DNA from: Nitrosopumilus sp.
Lineage (GTDB): Archaea; Thermoproteota; Nitrososphaeria; Nitrososphaerales; Nitrosopumilaceae
Direction of reading: 5' to 3'
DNA length: 64,000 bases
Assembly (NCBI GenBank): GCA_965207445.1
Contig: CBDBLX010000002.1
Coordinates: forward strand, 1,559,849 to 1,623,848
This document shows positions 32,288-43,017 of this stretch, in pieces (the first letter of the stretch is position 1; every line of letters begins with the position of its first letter). The notes under the pieces were generated by a model. That model had not been told where the DNA came from. It searched no databases and worked only from the letters and a program-made list of their open reading frames with translations. Both the position numbers and the translations under genes were made by a program.

Positions 32288-34025
32288 TAGTGATTTCATT
32301 AAAGATCCGATGGTTTTTGCAGGCGATTTCGGCTAGGCAGGCGGGTACGGAGTGGAAAAATAGACGTAATTGGCACTATGTGTAGCAGATACCGTGTGGT
32401 GGCCAGAAGAGAGACGATGAATTGGGTGTGTATGTCAGTGGCAGGCATTAAGTAACTTTTGATCATTTGGTTGAATTAATTTGACCTCGAGTGTCAAAAG
32501 GTGATGTGTCCATTAGTGTTTAATGAATTACCACAAAATGGTACATCGACTAGTACTCGTCGATGCCATATTTAACGACTCTGCAGGCAGATTGTCTTGC
32601 AGCATTGACGAGGTGCGTATTTTTTGAAGACAGCCTATGTAGAAAGAGGGGATGGGTTCATGCCCGACGTGTCCCTGGAAGATCTAAAAGCCGCCTACCG
32701 CAAAGAGCCTCCGGGCAAGTCCCGGGACAGACTGCAGGCGGTAGTTGGACGAAAAAAGGGCAAGAGTGAGTCTGCAATAGCCGTCCAACTCGGACGCAGC
32801 CAGAGCGTCATATCTGAGTGGCTCAACAGGCTACAAACAGAGGGCTTGGAGGGCAGGTATGACCGCAAGAGCCCCCGGCAGGCCGTGCAGACTCACAAAA
32901 GAACAACAAGAACAGGCAAAGGCCGATCTGAGTAAAGAGCCGATGCAGTGCGGCTTTGAGCGTGGGACATGGACTGCCGCATTGTTTGCATTGCATCTGG
33001 CAAACATTTTTGACGTCCAGTACACGTGGACCGGGGCCCTGGCGCTAGCTCACAGGATGGGTTTTTCAATAAGAATGCCCACAGCCAATCCACCACAAGT
33101 CTGTCAGTCCATTAGAAGAACTGCATTATGTACACGACACAATACGCGCCATCATGGCGCACGCCCGCGCCGGCTATGAGGTGTTCTGTATGGACGCTTC
33201 TGCAATCACAAACTCGCCGTATGTCGCGCGCCGACTACATCTCCGAGGAGGCTCTGAGACTGTAAATGTCAACTTTTCAAAAACGAGCATGAAAATGCGG
33301 GGTGCACTCGGGGCCGGTACATGCCACCTGCACTTTTGCGACAGTGCGAATACTGTAAACGTCATAAAGTTGTTGGAGATGCTCCGAGAAAAGTACGGCA
33401 AGGTATTTGTCATATGTGACAATGCGTCTGCGCACAAGTCCAAAGACATCAAGCAGTATCTGGAACAGACAAGAGGACAAGTTGCACTATGGTACTTGCC
33501 GCCATCACGCCTCAGCACAATCCCATAGAGATCCAATGGCGCGAGATAAAGCGCGCACTAGCAGGCAGATACTACAAGGATGGTTTTCCAGAGATTCAAA
33601 AGTCCATACTACACATGATGGAAAACGGCGAGGTGGGTACAGTCAGGCTACTAGCCAATAGTACATACAAACATATCCTAACTGCTTTGATGGAAAACGG
33701 CGAGGTGGGTACAGTCAGGCTACTAGAGTACATGCGCAATGCCATACAAGACGCAAAGAACAACGCGCTCATATCCGAACTCCGGGCTGCATGAACTGCA
33801 TATTACGCGAACTAGCGTCCGGGTGAGGCTGTGCGACGCACAGACCGCACTATGATCAGGACGGCTGCGCACATACCCTTTGCCACGTCGAAATACATGG
33901 CTAGCATGCACATGTCCATGGAAAAATCATGGAGCATGTCTGGATTACAACATGGGGACTGCCTGATTTCCCAATATATGATTATAAAAATGTCTAAAAA
34001 CTATCGGATTTTAATGAAACCACTA
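32288..34025 (+). mobile_element. IS630-family element; transposase (~32624-33794) has several frameshifts
   Basis: Ends TAGTGATTTCATTAAAGATCCGAT / ATCGGATTTTAATGAAACCACTA with TA at both termini; HTH plus MDAS, CDNASAHKS, WYLP and NPIEIQWREIK motifs. Confidence 0.9.
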
Positions 34026-34215
34026 TGCACTCCATCAGCATGCGGGTCACGTCGGCCCTTTTCTTTCGATCAGATATGTCCTGCGAGAGCAAAAAGTGAG
34101 TCTTGGCATCCGTTGAGTCAAATATGTAGTGTTCCTTGCCGCCTATCTTTTCGATTATCTCGTCGGCCCTGACGCAGTCGCCCAAATGGTTGAGTGAAAC
34201 ACGTAGCATGTAACA
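34026..34215 (-). pseudogene. IS6-family transposase fragment abutting the IS630 end
   Basis: ADEIIEKIGGKEHYIFDSTDAKTHFLLSQDIS resembles the first IS6 DDE motif. Confidence 0.6.
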
Positions 34216-34580
34216 AAACAAGAGAACCACAATGCCGAGATTATTATGATCATAAAAACGTGCATGATTTTTATCTTATATGTGCACTTCAAAAAGCAAA
34301 ATAGTCACTTCCAATATCTAATTTTTTATATATGAACAGAAGTACTAGGGTATTCTCATATGTTATACTTTTTATTTGATCTGATCAAGTATGATCATCA
34401 ATGTTTAACGACATTATATATTATTCAAATAAAATCATATAAAGCATATTGTGGACTACTGATGCCTCGAACTAGACAGTCAAATATAATACAATGGCAA
34501 CACGATGATAATCCCAAATCTAATTCTATGTATTGAGAGTAGACAAGATGTTTAAATAGATTTTATCATTATCAAGTGTA

Positions 34581-34907
34581 TTGTCAAAGATAACACTGCC
34601 TCAGCTCAAAAAATATGACATTAACCAAAAAGTAATTACAGCACTAGCAGATGCAGAATCACGAGCAATTTTGTTTTCTATGATCAAAAAATCAAAATCT
34701 GCACCAGAGTTGGCAGAAAAACTAAAAATACCAATCAGTTCAGTGTACAAAAAACTCTCAGAGTTGCAATCATTGACATTGATCGAAGTTGAAAAGATCA
34801 TGCTATCTCACAGTGGGAGACGAATCAAACTGTATCGTAGTCGCATAAAACAGGCAGACATATCAATTAAAAAACCAGAGCCAGCGCTGACACTGATCCC
34901 AAACTAG
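34581..34907 (+). CDS. ArsR-like winged-helix transcriptional regulator
   Basis: ALADAESRAILF...SAPELAEKLKIPISSVYKKLSEL...GRRIKLYRS. Confidence 0.88.
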   Translation: MSKITLPQLKKYDINQKVITALADAESRAILFSMIKKSKSAPELAEKLKIPISSVYKKLSELQSLTLIEVEKIMLSHSGRRIKLYRSRIKQADISIKKPEPALTLIPN

Positions 34908-34918
34908 AGCGTGGTGTT

Positions 34919-35272
34919 TTGGTAAAGTCAGGCTTGATTGAACTCTCCGAAGTTGACGTCACACAAAAGATCATAGAAGCACTAAGCAATGTATGTACAA
35001 GATCAGTACTCTTTGCAATACGTGACAGATCAAAAGATGCGTCTCAAGTAGCAGATGAACTTGGCCTAGCCGTATCAACAGTGTACAAGTCACTTGCAAC
35101 TTTAGAGTACTTGGCACTAGCAGAAATAGACAAATTTAACATAACAGTAGAAGGGAAAAAGATCAAGATGTATCGAAGCAGAATAGAAAAGATAGAGATA
35201 GTGATACAAAACCAAGAGCCGGTTTTGAGTATTTATCCAAACACGATAAACCCAAAGCAGAATCAATCATAG
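34919..35272 (+). CDS. ArsR-like winged-helix regulator, tandem paralog
   Basis: ALSNVCTRSVLF...LAVSTVYKSL...GKKIKMYRS. Confidence 0.88.
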   Translation: MVKSGLIELSEVDVTQKIIEALSNVCTRSVLFAIRDRSKDASQVADELGLAVSTVYKSLATLEYLALAEIDKFNITVEGKKIKMYRSRIEKIEIVIQNQEPVLSIYPNTINPKQNQS

Positions 35273-35306
35273 TGTAATTATAGTGCAAGTTAGTAATTGT
35301 ATAGTA

Positions 35307-36347
35307 TCAAGTGGTCACCATATCAATCTTTTCTGATTCTGCAGCTTGTTTGATCTCCCTTGCAATACGTCGCCCCATACTCATTGACTCACCATACAGT
35401 AGAGAATAGTAAGGTGATCCATCCATGTATATGTTAGTTCCTGCTACAATTCTAGCAGAAAACTCAAACGATGTAAATTGAGCATTCTCATCATATACAC
35501 CTTCAATACAGAACGGACCATTCATCCCAGGTGGAACAGCATCACGAGCAGCCTTGACAAACCGCTCACCCATTGCATATGCCTCATCAAGTAAAGACTC
35601 GCGTAATACAATAGGGCTATTGCCTATTACATTAAATGATGGAACATCAGATATGCCGCCACCAGAAATCTGCTCTTTTGCAGGCACACGCGCTAGCCCT
35701 TCAATATCAGATTCGTGTCTCTGGTCTGCTCCAAAAAACTCAATGTCATCTAAAAGTGGCGAGTAGAAGAACTGTAAATATGCAAGCACACCAGAGGCAT
35801 ACTCTTGTATGTATAGTTGCTCATCAGCAGATATCACACCATCACGAATCAATGCCTGCCGTTTTGTATTATAGTCATCTTTGTTCATGGCAATAAAGTA
35901 TCCCTTGCCACCTGCAGCACCCTGACGTTTTACTATAGTAGCTCCATTGATATCATCAGGGGTCAGTACGGGTGAGGGTACCTTTAGATGTGCTCTTTTC
36001 ATGAGATCCTCTTTCATATTGCGGTCAGACTCCCATCGCAGTATCCACTTGTTGCCAAAGATAGGTGTTTTTATTGACTCTATCTCATCAGAGCTCATCT
36101 GTGCAATCAAAGTTCCATGAGGAATCAAGACAGAGTTGTGTGCATGTAGTGTTCGTTGAGTAGAGTCATCTAGTATAGCTCGAAAAGAGTCAACTGGTAA
36201 TATAGTATCAATAAATGGGAATCTTCTATATAGTCGCTCTCGTCGTCGCTCACAGACCAAAAGAGTTCCGAGTCCCTCATCATGTGCACCCTTTAGCACT
36301 TGAAGAGAACAATGAGAGCCAAGTGTTGCAATTGTAGGAAGTGTCAT
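35307..36347 (-). CDS. purP: 5-formaminoimidazole-4-carboxamide ribonucleotide synthetase
   Basis: IATLGSHCSLQVLKGA, IPHG, GGKGYF, GPFCIE and FEFSARIVAGTN motifs. Confidence 0.95.
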   Translation of the reverse strand: MTLPTIATLGSHCSLQVLKGAHDEGLGTLLVCERRRERLYRRFPFIDTILPVDSFRAILDDSTQRTLHAHNSVLIPHGTLIAQMSSDEIESIKTPIFGNKWILRWESDRNMKEDLMKRAHLKVPSPVLTPDDINGATIVKRQGAAGGKGYFIAMNKDDYNTKRQALIRDGVISADEQLYIQEYASGVLAYLQFFYSPLLDDIEFFGADQRHESDIEGLARVPAKEQISGGGISDVPSFNVIGNSPIVLRESLLDEAYAMGERFVKAARDAVPPGMNGPFCIEGVYDENAQFTSFEFSARIVAGTNIYMDGSPYYSLLYGESMSMGRRIAREIKQAAESEKIDMVTT

Positions 36348-36370
36348 TGTATTAAACCACACACACACAC

Positions 36371-36589
36371 TTATGAATTATGAGCAGCCGTGACAGATTC
36401 AAAGACATCCTCAATTATATCTGTGGTTAGATGTTCTTTGTATTTACTAGGAATTGAATCAAGTACAAACCCATACAATGTAACATTCCCAGGGATATCA
36501 TCTCGTTCTTTTAAAAGAGAGTATACAGCAATACTATTTGCAACAAGGGCAATTAGGGTTTCAGATTCAGATAACATAATTACTATCAT
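36371..36589 (-). CDS. Small hypothetical protein
   Basis: 72-aa ORF directly upstream of purP on the same strand. Confidence 0.65.
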   Translation of the reverse strand: MIVIMLSESETLIALVANSIAVYSLLKERDDIPGNVTLYGFVLDSIPSKYKEHLTTDIIEDVFESVTAAHNS

Positions 36590-36654
36590 ATGAGATGTAA
36601 TTTAATTGGATTGCAACTACAAAGATGCATCAATAATTGTTAATTGGTTGTTGT

Positions 36655-38326
36655 GTGGTTGGTGCGTAATTCATCAAATCGCCATCTGCATCGTACTTGC
36701 AAAGCCATCTGCAAATATCGCCAGAGTTTTATGTACATATATTTAATAAGCTCATATATAAAAGTATATGCGCGCATACCAAAAGTTACTTATAGGGGCA
36801 TCCCAAATGAATAATTGTAATGTCACCAAAGGGGATGCTAAACAACGTTGACTAGCCAATGTTATCAACGTATCGTTTGTGAAGTGTGGTGGAACGACGA
36901 CATATGGTGGGTTGCCACAACATGCTATACTACACAGAATGTCGCCCATTACAATGCATGGTTTGTGATGAATGTGGCGCCTGCTTGTTGTTTGTGTAAA
37001 TTTAGTGGGTGGGTCTCAAATAAGAACAGATTATGGAGGCAGACCGTATAGTGACAGAGCAGCACAAGCGACGCGAAGGTTATTGGCAGTATTACGAACA
37101 GGCACGCAAATCTGAGCCGGATTTTATGCGCAAGACCTTGCTGTCGGCGATACGAAAAAACCCACATCCGTGCAAGGAAAAGAAAACAAATAGAGGATGC
37201 AAGCCGGTACATTCTCGTGACAAGATGGATTTTTTGTGTCTTTTAAAAGTTGCAAAAAATATTCCTTTTCGTGACGTGGTAAATGATCTTGGACATATGC
37301 ATGATGAATGGGTTGACGAGCCGAAGCCTGATTATAGTTGGGTAACCAAACATATGCAAACAATTGATCTCGACTGGCTTGATTCTATTTTGGCACATAC
37401 TGCCAACATGTGTCTAACTGAACTTGAAAAATCTGGGACAGATCCGGTACCGATAAAAGGTAAAGAGACCATACTTACGCACGGATCCGAGGATTTTGAG
37501 AGCGGTAAACAAGACGTAAAACAAGAACCTACAGCTCCAATTGGGATAGACAGTAGTGGGGTAGAGACTGACAGGTACGAAAAACAAGAAAGACCTAATC
37601 ATGTACTACAAGACTTTGAGCCGACACGCATCAAGATGTACCTAAAATATCACATTACTGCGATAACCGGACATCAGATCATACTTGCATCATACACAAC
37701 TCCAAGCAATGTGAGTGACACGTCAATGCTTCCATATATGGTCAGCTTTCTCGTAAAAAACTATACACAGATTGAAGAACGCTTATTCAACGGAGACAAG
37801 GGATACGACTCGGATCAAAATTGCGAGACAATATTCAATGCAAACATGAAACCGAACATAAAGCAGCGCAATCACACAGATGGCGCAGGTCATACAAACC
37901 GTGGCAAACCAAGCAGAAAAAAAGCAGCGGAGATCTTTGACCAAGATGCATACAAACAACGCGCACTTATCGAGGCAATATTTGGAGCAGAAGAGACAAA
38001 GAATCACAGGCTACACTGTCGTATGCGCCTGGCCAAAAACCAAAAGCGGTTTGGTAAAATACTATCAATTGCATGGAATATCAACGTCCTAAACAGATTT
38101 ATCTGCGCTCATGAAAAAGGGCAAAAAATTCCATCATACGAATGATAGTGACTGCTATCACACTTGCACGTTTCATGTTCTATAATCTGTCTGCTAAAAC
38201 ACACACGTATATTCAAAAACGAAACGCACTATAGATAGATTTCAGTCTTTTGTAGATTGAATGTGCAATAAACCAAGCTCACAGAAGGGTCACAGGCAGG
38301 CCTAATGTCAATTACGCACCAACCTC
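36655..38326 (+). mobile_element. IS5-family element, copy 2, intact, with 9-bp target site duplication
   Basis: TIRs GTGGTTGGTGCGTAATT / AATTACGCACCAACCTC; GGTTGTTGT at 36646-36654 and 38327-38335. Confidence 0.95.
37033..38145 (+). CDS. IS5-family DDE transposase
   Basis: GIDSSG, GDKGYDS and YKQRALIEAIFG motifs. Confidence 0.92.
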   Translation: MEADRIVTEQHKRREGYWQYYEQARKSEPDFMRKTLLSAIRKNPHPCKEKKTNRGCKPVHSRDKMDFLCLLKVAKNIPFRDVVNDLGHMHDEWVDEPKPDYSWVTKHMQTIDLDWLDSILAHTANMCLTELEKSGTDPVPIKGKETILTHGSEDFESGKQDVKQEPTAPIGIDSSGVETDRYEKQERPNHVLQDFEPTRIKMYLKYHITAITGHQIILASYTTPSNVSDTSMLPYMVSFLVKNYTQIEERLFNGDKGYDSDQNCETIFNANMKPNIKQRNHTDGAGHTNRGKPSRKKAAEIFDQDAYKQRALIEAIFGAEETKNHRLHCRMRLAKNQKRFGKILSIAWNINVLNRFICAHEKGQKIPSYE

Positions 38327-38581
38327 GGTTGTTGTTGTAGTTATTTTGTTTAGTGATGATATATTTGACATGCTGCTGTCAATTGTATATACTGTTGCAT
38401 CATATGTGATATTGTGCGCCTCAAAGTTACTTGGGTCTTGTGAGTATTGATATCCTACATATCCACCTGCAAGAATAAATATGGCGATCACAAGTATGAT
38501 AAGTATATCCAACTTGAAGTGGCTTTTAAGGTCTGTATTATAAGGATTCAGATTATATAACATGATATATTTTGTCATTAT
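38312..38581 (-). CDS. Small membrane protein whose last codons come from the IS TIR
   Basis: TM segment ILIILVIAIFILAGGYVGY; start uncertain. Confidence 0.55.
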   Translation of the reverse strand: MMTKYIMLYNLNPYNTDLKSHFKLDILIILVIAIFILAGGYVGYQYSQDPSNFEAHNITYDATVYTIDSSMSNISSLNKITTTTTEVGA

Positions 38582-38819
38582 AAAATGGTGGATTATATAG
38601 AAAAGTAGACTAGATACAGAGCAGCCCGGAACCATGCACCTCGAGGCACAACACACCATAGCCTTGACTGAGGTTTGTGTGTGGATGGTAATGCACATGA
38701 TGCATGCATTTTAAGTAGATGAAAAGAGAATGTGCTTGGATGGTTGCTACGAACTATCTAGGCTTGACTGACAGTCATTGAATGCGCGTTGTTTTAAACA
38801 AAACATGAGGTAGTAGTAT

Positions 38820-39224
38820 ATGACGTGGGAGTTAGGCACAACATTGTTCTTGTTTGGATTGTTGTTTATGCATTGGTGGTTTCATAAGATATACACTTGC
38901 CGCATACGACATCTTGACGACAACATCGGTGAGATGATCGAGATTGATGATGGTAAAGATGATTACACGTCAGACGCCCTTTCTGATCTCGTTCGAATGA
39001 AAGCTCAAGCCAAAGTCGATAAAGACAGCAATCTACGTCACGCCATTGTCGTTCATAGCATCTGCGCTACCGGGAGTCTCTTCCTGGCTCTTTGGAGCCT
39101 GATCAACATTACGGCAACTGCCGGGTGGTTGTTCACACTGGTCGTGATCCCGCCTATGGTTCTATTCCTCCATCACATGCAAAACGTGTGGGTGTCGCGC
39201 GTGAAACGGAGAGGTGTTTTATGA
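38820..39224 (+). CDS. 3-TM hypothetical membrane protein
   Basis: TM, acidic linker, then two TMs. Confidence 0.7.
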   Translation: MTWELGTTLFLFGLLFMHWWFHKIYTCRIRHLDDNIGEMIEIDDGKDDYTSDALSDLVRMKAQAKVDKDSNLRHAIVVHSICATGSLFLALWSLINITATAGWLFTLVVIPPMVLFLHHMQNVWVSRVKRRGVL

Positions 39225-39701
39225 GTGGAATCTTCAAACATACTTCATGTAATAGAAAATGCAACAAGCGTGATAGCACTCACCAGTAGCGCCGAGTCTG
39301 AGACTTCTCTCGGTGTCTTTGCAATGTTGGCTACCATGATGGCAATAATTGCAGGTAGTACCGGCATCCGTATGGTGTTCATAGATAAAGCGTACAGATA
39401 CATCATAAAATCCACAGAAGATGAAAATTCCATTAGTACATCTGATGATGACAGTTCATCAAATGACACGATGTCACTTGCGCAACGACTTGCAGATATA
39501 CATGCCAAAAGGGCATCCAATAAACGCGGCGTGATCGTGGACGGGTTTGGTATCCTCATCATACTTGTTGTCGGGTTCTTGGCTGCGCTTGATTTGATTC
39601 CTCATCCATTCATAACAGTAGGAATACCCATTATGTTTTTTCTATCAACGATGATACCATTCTACATACATGCGCAGGCCGTTCTCAATCAGTCTGCTTG
39701 A
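39225..39701 (+). CDS. 3-TM hypothetical membrane protein, probable paralog of the upstream gene
   Basis: Same layout; shared SN.R..IV and IP segments. Confidence 0.7.
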   Translation: MESSNILHVIENATSVIALTSSAESETSLGVFAMLATMMAIIAGSTGIRMVFIDKAYRYIIKSTEDENSISTSDDDSSSNDTMSLAQRLADIHAKRASNKRGVIVDGFGILIILVVGFLAALDLIPHPFITVGIPIMFFLSTMIPFYIHAQAVLNQSA

Positions 39702-40170
39702 ATCGATCAATGATCGTACTACGTTCAGTGTACTTTGGATAAGAGTAATAGACCCCTTCTAATAATCGCTCTAGTCTCATTTTTTGCAGATTTGTAATTT
39801 TTTCATACAAGGCTTCCATCTCTTTTTTATGATTGGTCAGAATCTTGCGCCATCTGATACGTCCCTTAATAGTAAACGAATATTGTTGTGTCTTTAGAAT
39901 TTTATCGACAGACGTGACGTTGATCAATTTACTTTCACGACATTTGTCAACGTCTTCTTTGAGACTTTTACTGAATGGTCCGTACCAAAGTGATTCCCAG
40001 TCATCATAGAATGTGAGTTTGGGTTCGTGCTCAGATATATTTTTCAGCTCTTTGTCATACTGCATACGGAGCAAGAATCCATACTTTTGGAGTCGAGTGG
40101 TTCCGCGGATCGTCGTGTCACTGATGATCATTAATGCACGATCTGTAGTCTCAGATTCAATGACGCTCAT
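39685..40170 (-). CDS. YwgA/Panacea-like winged-helix protein, putative antitoxin
   Basis: IRGTTRLQKYGFLL...WYGPFSKSL...YSFT.KG...YYSYPKY. Confidence 0.7.
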   Translation of the reverse strand: MSVIESETTDRALMIISDTTIRGTTRLQKYGFLLRMQYDKELKNISEHEPKLTFYDDWESLWYGPFSKSLKEDVDKCRESKLINVTSVDKILKTQQYSFTIKGRIRWRKILTNHKKEMEALYEKITNLQKMRLERLLEGVYYSYPKYTERSTIIDRFKQTD

Positions 40171-40305
40171 TTCCTATTCTGCCTACTACAGGTAACTGAA
40201 AAGTGTTTTATAATCATAACCGTTCAACCCCCCAAGCCCAGAGGTGTTGGTAGATTGTTAATTACCATTACAAAAATTAATTACCTCAAATAAAGACGTA
40301 ATGTT

Positions 40306-41664
40306 ATGGCAATAGAGACAAGTTTGGGCAGTCAAAGGAGAACACATTATTCATCGCAGATATCCCCAGAGATGGATGGGCAGAAAACGATCATCATGGG
40401 ATGGGTGCTGACTGTACGTGAACATGGCAGTATTACATTTGTAACTATTAAAGACAAAGACGGAGAGATTCCAATAGTTGCAAAAAAAGGCAATTGTCCT
40501 GACGAGGTAAGAGAAGAGATCGCAACACTCAAGGCTCACTCATCAATTGCAATTAGCGGAACCATCAAATCTTCACAAAAGTCACCATTTGGATTTGAGA
40601 TTATACCAGATCAGATACGAGTATTCTCAAAGGTACAAAAGGTGCCACCGTTTGAGCCTGTTGCAAAGACAGTAAAAAATATCGATACTAGACTAGAAGT
40701 CAGATCAATTGATCTGCGCAGAGACATACTACAACACACATTTAAGATTAGAAGCCACGTATTGCATGCAATACGCCAATACTTTGTAGATGGTGGTTTT
40801 ACAGAGATCAGTACACCCAAGATAATATCAAGTGCAACGGAGGGTGGAGCGGCACTGTTTTCAATATTTTATTATGACAAGCAAGCGTTCTTGGCACAAA
40901 GTCCACAATTGTACAAAGAACAACTCACCATGAGCTTTGAAAAGGTTTTTGAGATTGCCCCCATATTCAGAGCAGAATCATCTAGGACACAGCGACATTT
41001 ATCAGAAGCAATATCAATAGACTTGGAAGAAGCATTTGTAGATTATAATGATGTGATGGATAGAATAGAGTCAATTCTCAAAGTGTCAGCAAATGCAGCC
41101 AAAACGTACATGCAAAACATTAAAGGCAACAATAACACAATTGCAATACCAAACATACCAAACAAGATACCACGATACACATATCAAGACTTGCTTGCCC
41201 AAATACAACAAAAGGGATCAAAGGCACAGTGGGGAGACGACTTGTATCCATCTGATCTTAAAAAACTTGGATTGGATGGATTTTACTTTATTGTGGATTG
41301 GCCACTTGGTCCAAAGCCATTTTATGTCAAAGAGGCAACTTTAAATAAAAAATATCAAAATACACCAAACAATACAGAAGATAACAAACGAATCTCAGAG
41401 TCATTTGATCTAATGTACGGAGAGTTGGAGATATCATCAGGCAGTACAAGGATTGAAAAACGAGAAGAGTTAGAGGCACAATTGAAGATAAAGGGGATGA
41501 ATGTTGACTCTTTTGAGTATCATCTAGGGGCATTTGAATATGGAGTCCCACCGCATGCAGGATGCGGAATAGGACTTGAGCGTCTCATGATGGCACTCAC
41601 AGGGACAGAGAATATTAGAGATGCTACATTTTATCCAAGAGATGTAGATAGACTTGTGCCATAA
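40306..41664 (+). CDS. aspS: Aspartyl-tRNA synthetase, archaeal type, likely non-discriminating
   Basis: OB fold, TEGGA, FLAQSPQLYKE, FRAE, EISSGSTR and PPHAGCGIGLER motifs. Confidence 0.96.
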   Translation: MAIETSLGSQRRTHYSSQISPEMDGQKTIIMGWVLTVREHGSITFVTIKDKDGEIPIVAKKGNCPDEVREEIATLKAHSSIAISGTIKSSQKSPFGFEIIPDQIRVFSKVQKVPPFEPVAKTVKNIDTRLEVRSIDLRRDILQHTFKIRSHVLHAIRQYFVDGGFTEISTPKIISSATEGGAALFSIFYYDKQAFLAQSPQLYKEQLTMSFEKVFEIAPIFRAESSRTQRHLSEAISIDLEEAFVDYNDVMDRIESILKVSANAAKTYMQNIKGNNNTIAIPNIPNKIPRYTYQDLLAQIQQKGSKAQWGDDLYPSDLKKLGLDGFYFIVDWPLGPKPFYVKEATLNKKYQNTPNNTEDNKRISESFDLMYGELEISSGSTRIEKREELEAQLKIKGMNVDSFEYHLGAFEYGVPPHAGCGIGLERLMMALTGTENIRDATFYPRDVDRLVP

Positions 41665-42397
41665 TACGCATGTCGTTTGATTTGACGTGTTTTTTTTATC
41701 TTAGTCAAGTTGATTTGATTGTAATATGCATTGTTAAAAAACGACAACGTTACTACAACGGACAAAAAATACACAGATTATCATCACCACAACAAATCTC
41801 AAATCCAAGAAAATCATATATTAAAACAAATACAGGACGCGCCCTTGGTTTTGATGTGTGAATTAGTGTCAAAAATCTACATGGCACGTTTTCATGCAAT
41901 TTGGAGTTTTTTATATAATCATATTTTTATATCCATTTAGACAAAAACCCACTTGATTTGAAGACATTTGTGTTAACAGTAGTGTAACCGTTCAACCTCC
42001 TTTTTGCTCCCGTGCACAACATCTACACCCTTGGTACATTTGACACAGTCAAAAATAATTGACACAGTCAAAAATAGTCGGCGATCGGCTTCTTGAGTTT
42101 GTACAGATAAATTTTTGTGAAATAGATTGGTATGAATTTTTGGTATGGTGTCATCTATTTGGTCTATGATGATTCTATGTTGAGAATTCGAATACTAGAA
42201 GAATGTATAAGAGAACGGAATTTCCGTAGACTGAGACGGTGAGTTTGTGGATAGTCCGGCGGCTTGGGTTAAAAGTCAGAGGTGTAGTGTGGTGTGGTGT
42301 GGTGCTACTGATACTCATCATTTGATTTGTTATTCATTTGCCATGACGGTTTGGATCAAAAGTCAGCGGTGTAGTGTGGTGTTGCTGGGAGACATAT

Positions 42398-42624
42398 CTA
42401 GCCTGAGGCTTCAAGTCTTTGTAGTTCTGTGACGACAGGAATCCATCTATCCCAGCCCCGATCTACATAGATTTGAGCTTCTGTTGCAGTCATCGGGTTG
42501 TCATAGGTGACATCTCCAAATGCCGCCAGCACCCCGGTCCACCTATCGACGTACCCTGCTCCGCCTTTTGCAATATACAAGTGAATGTTTGCAACCAACA
42601 CGGGGTCTATGGCAACTGCCACGT
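42398..42624 (-). pseudogene. Detached copy of the C-terminal repeat module of the adjacent surface protein
   Basis: AVAIDPVLVAN...YVDRWTGVLAAFG...NPMTATEA; 5' end abuts the ISH3-type TIR. Confidence 0.7.
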
Positions 42625-43010
42625 CAGTAGTTCGCAATGTGCTAATTTTTAATGATCTTATTTTTAATTATGCAGTGCGACACATTTACTATGACAAGTA
42701 ACTACCATGTTTTAATTCCCATCAAAGCAGTCTTCTGATTAATCCGGCAATTGAATCCATAAATAATCTATTGTGAATAGTTTTCCACCTGCAAGTCCGT
42801 CGTAATTTTCGTACCTTGCCATTGTTTACAAGTTATACAACAACATTTCAAAAAAATATCAACAGTAATCAGACTTGCAAGGCGTTGCTAGTTGTTTTTG
42901 GAGTCATGTTTTTTATCACTAATCCAGTCTCTATTATCCAGCGCTTGCAATAGTTGGAAATTACATACATTAGTTCACTTTGACCATGCGGGCAGTTAAT
43001 TCGCCTCCGA
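42625..43010 (-). mobile_element. ISH3-type (IS4 superfamily) right-end remnant, copy 1
   Basis: End CAGTAGTTCGCAA; YCKRWIIETG...PKTTSNALQV; ~330 bp repeated at 54651. Confidence 0.7.
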
Positions 43011-43017
43011 GCTGTTG

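Noticed and set aside
42271..42385. Two copies of aaaagtcag(a/c)ggtgtagtgtggtgt about 87 bp apart as a possible CRISPR
   Set aside because: Only two copies, low complexity, spacer too long and no cas genes.
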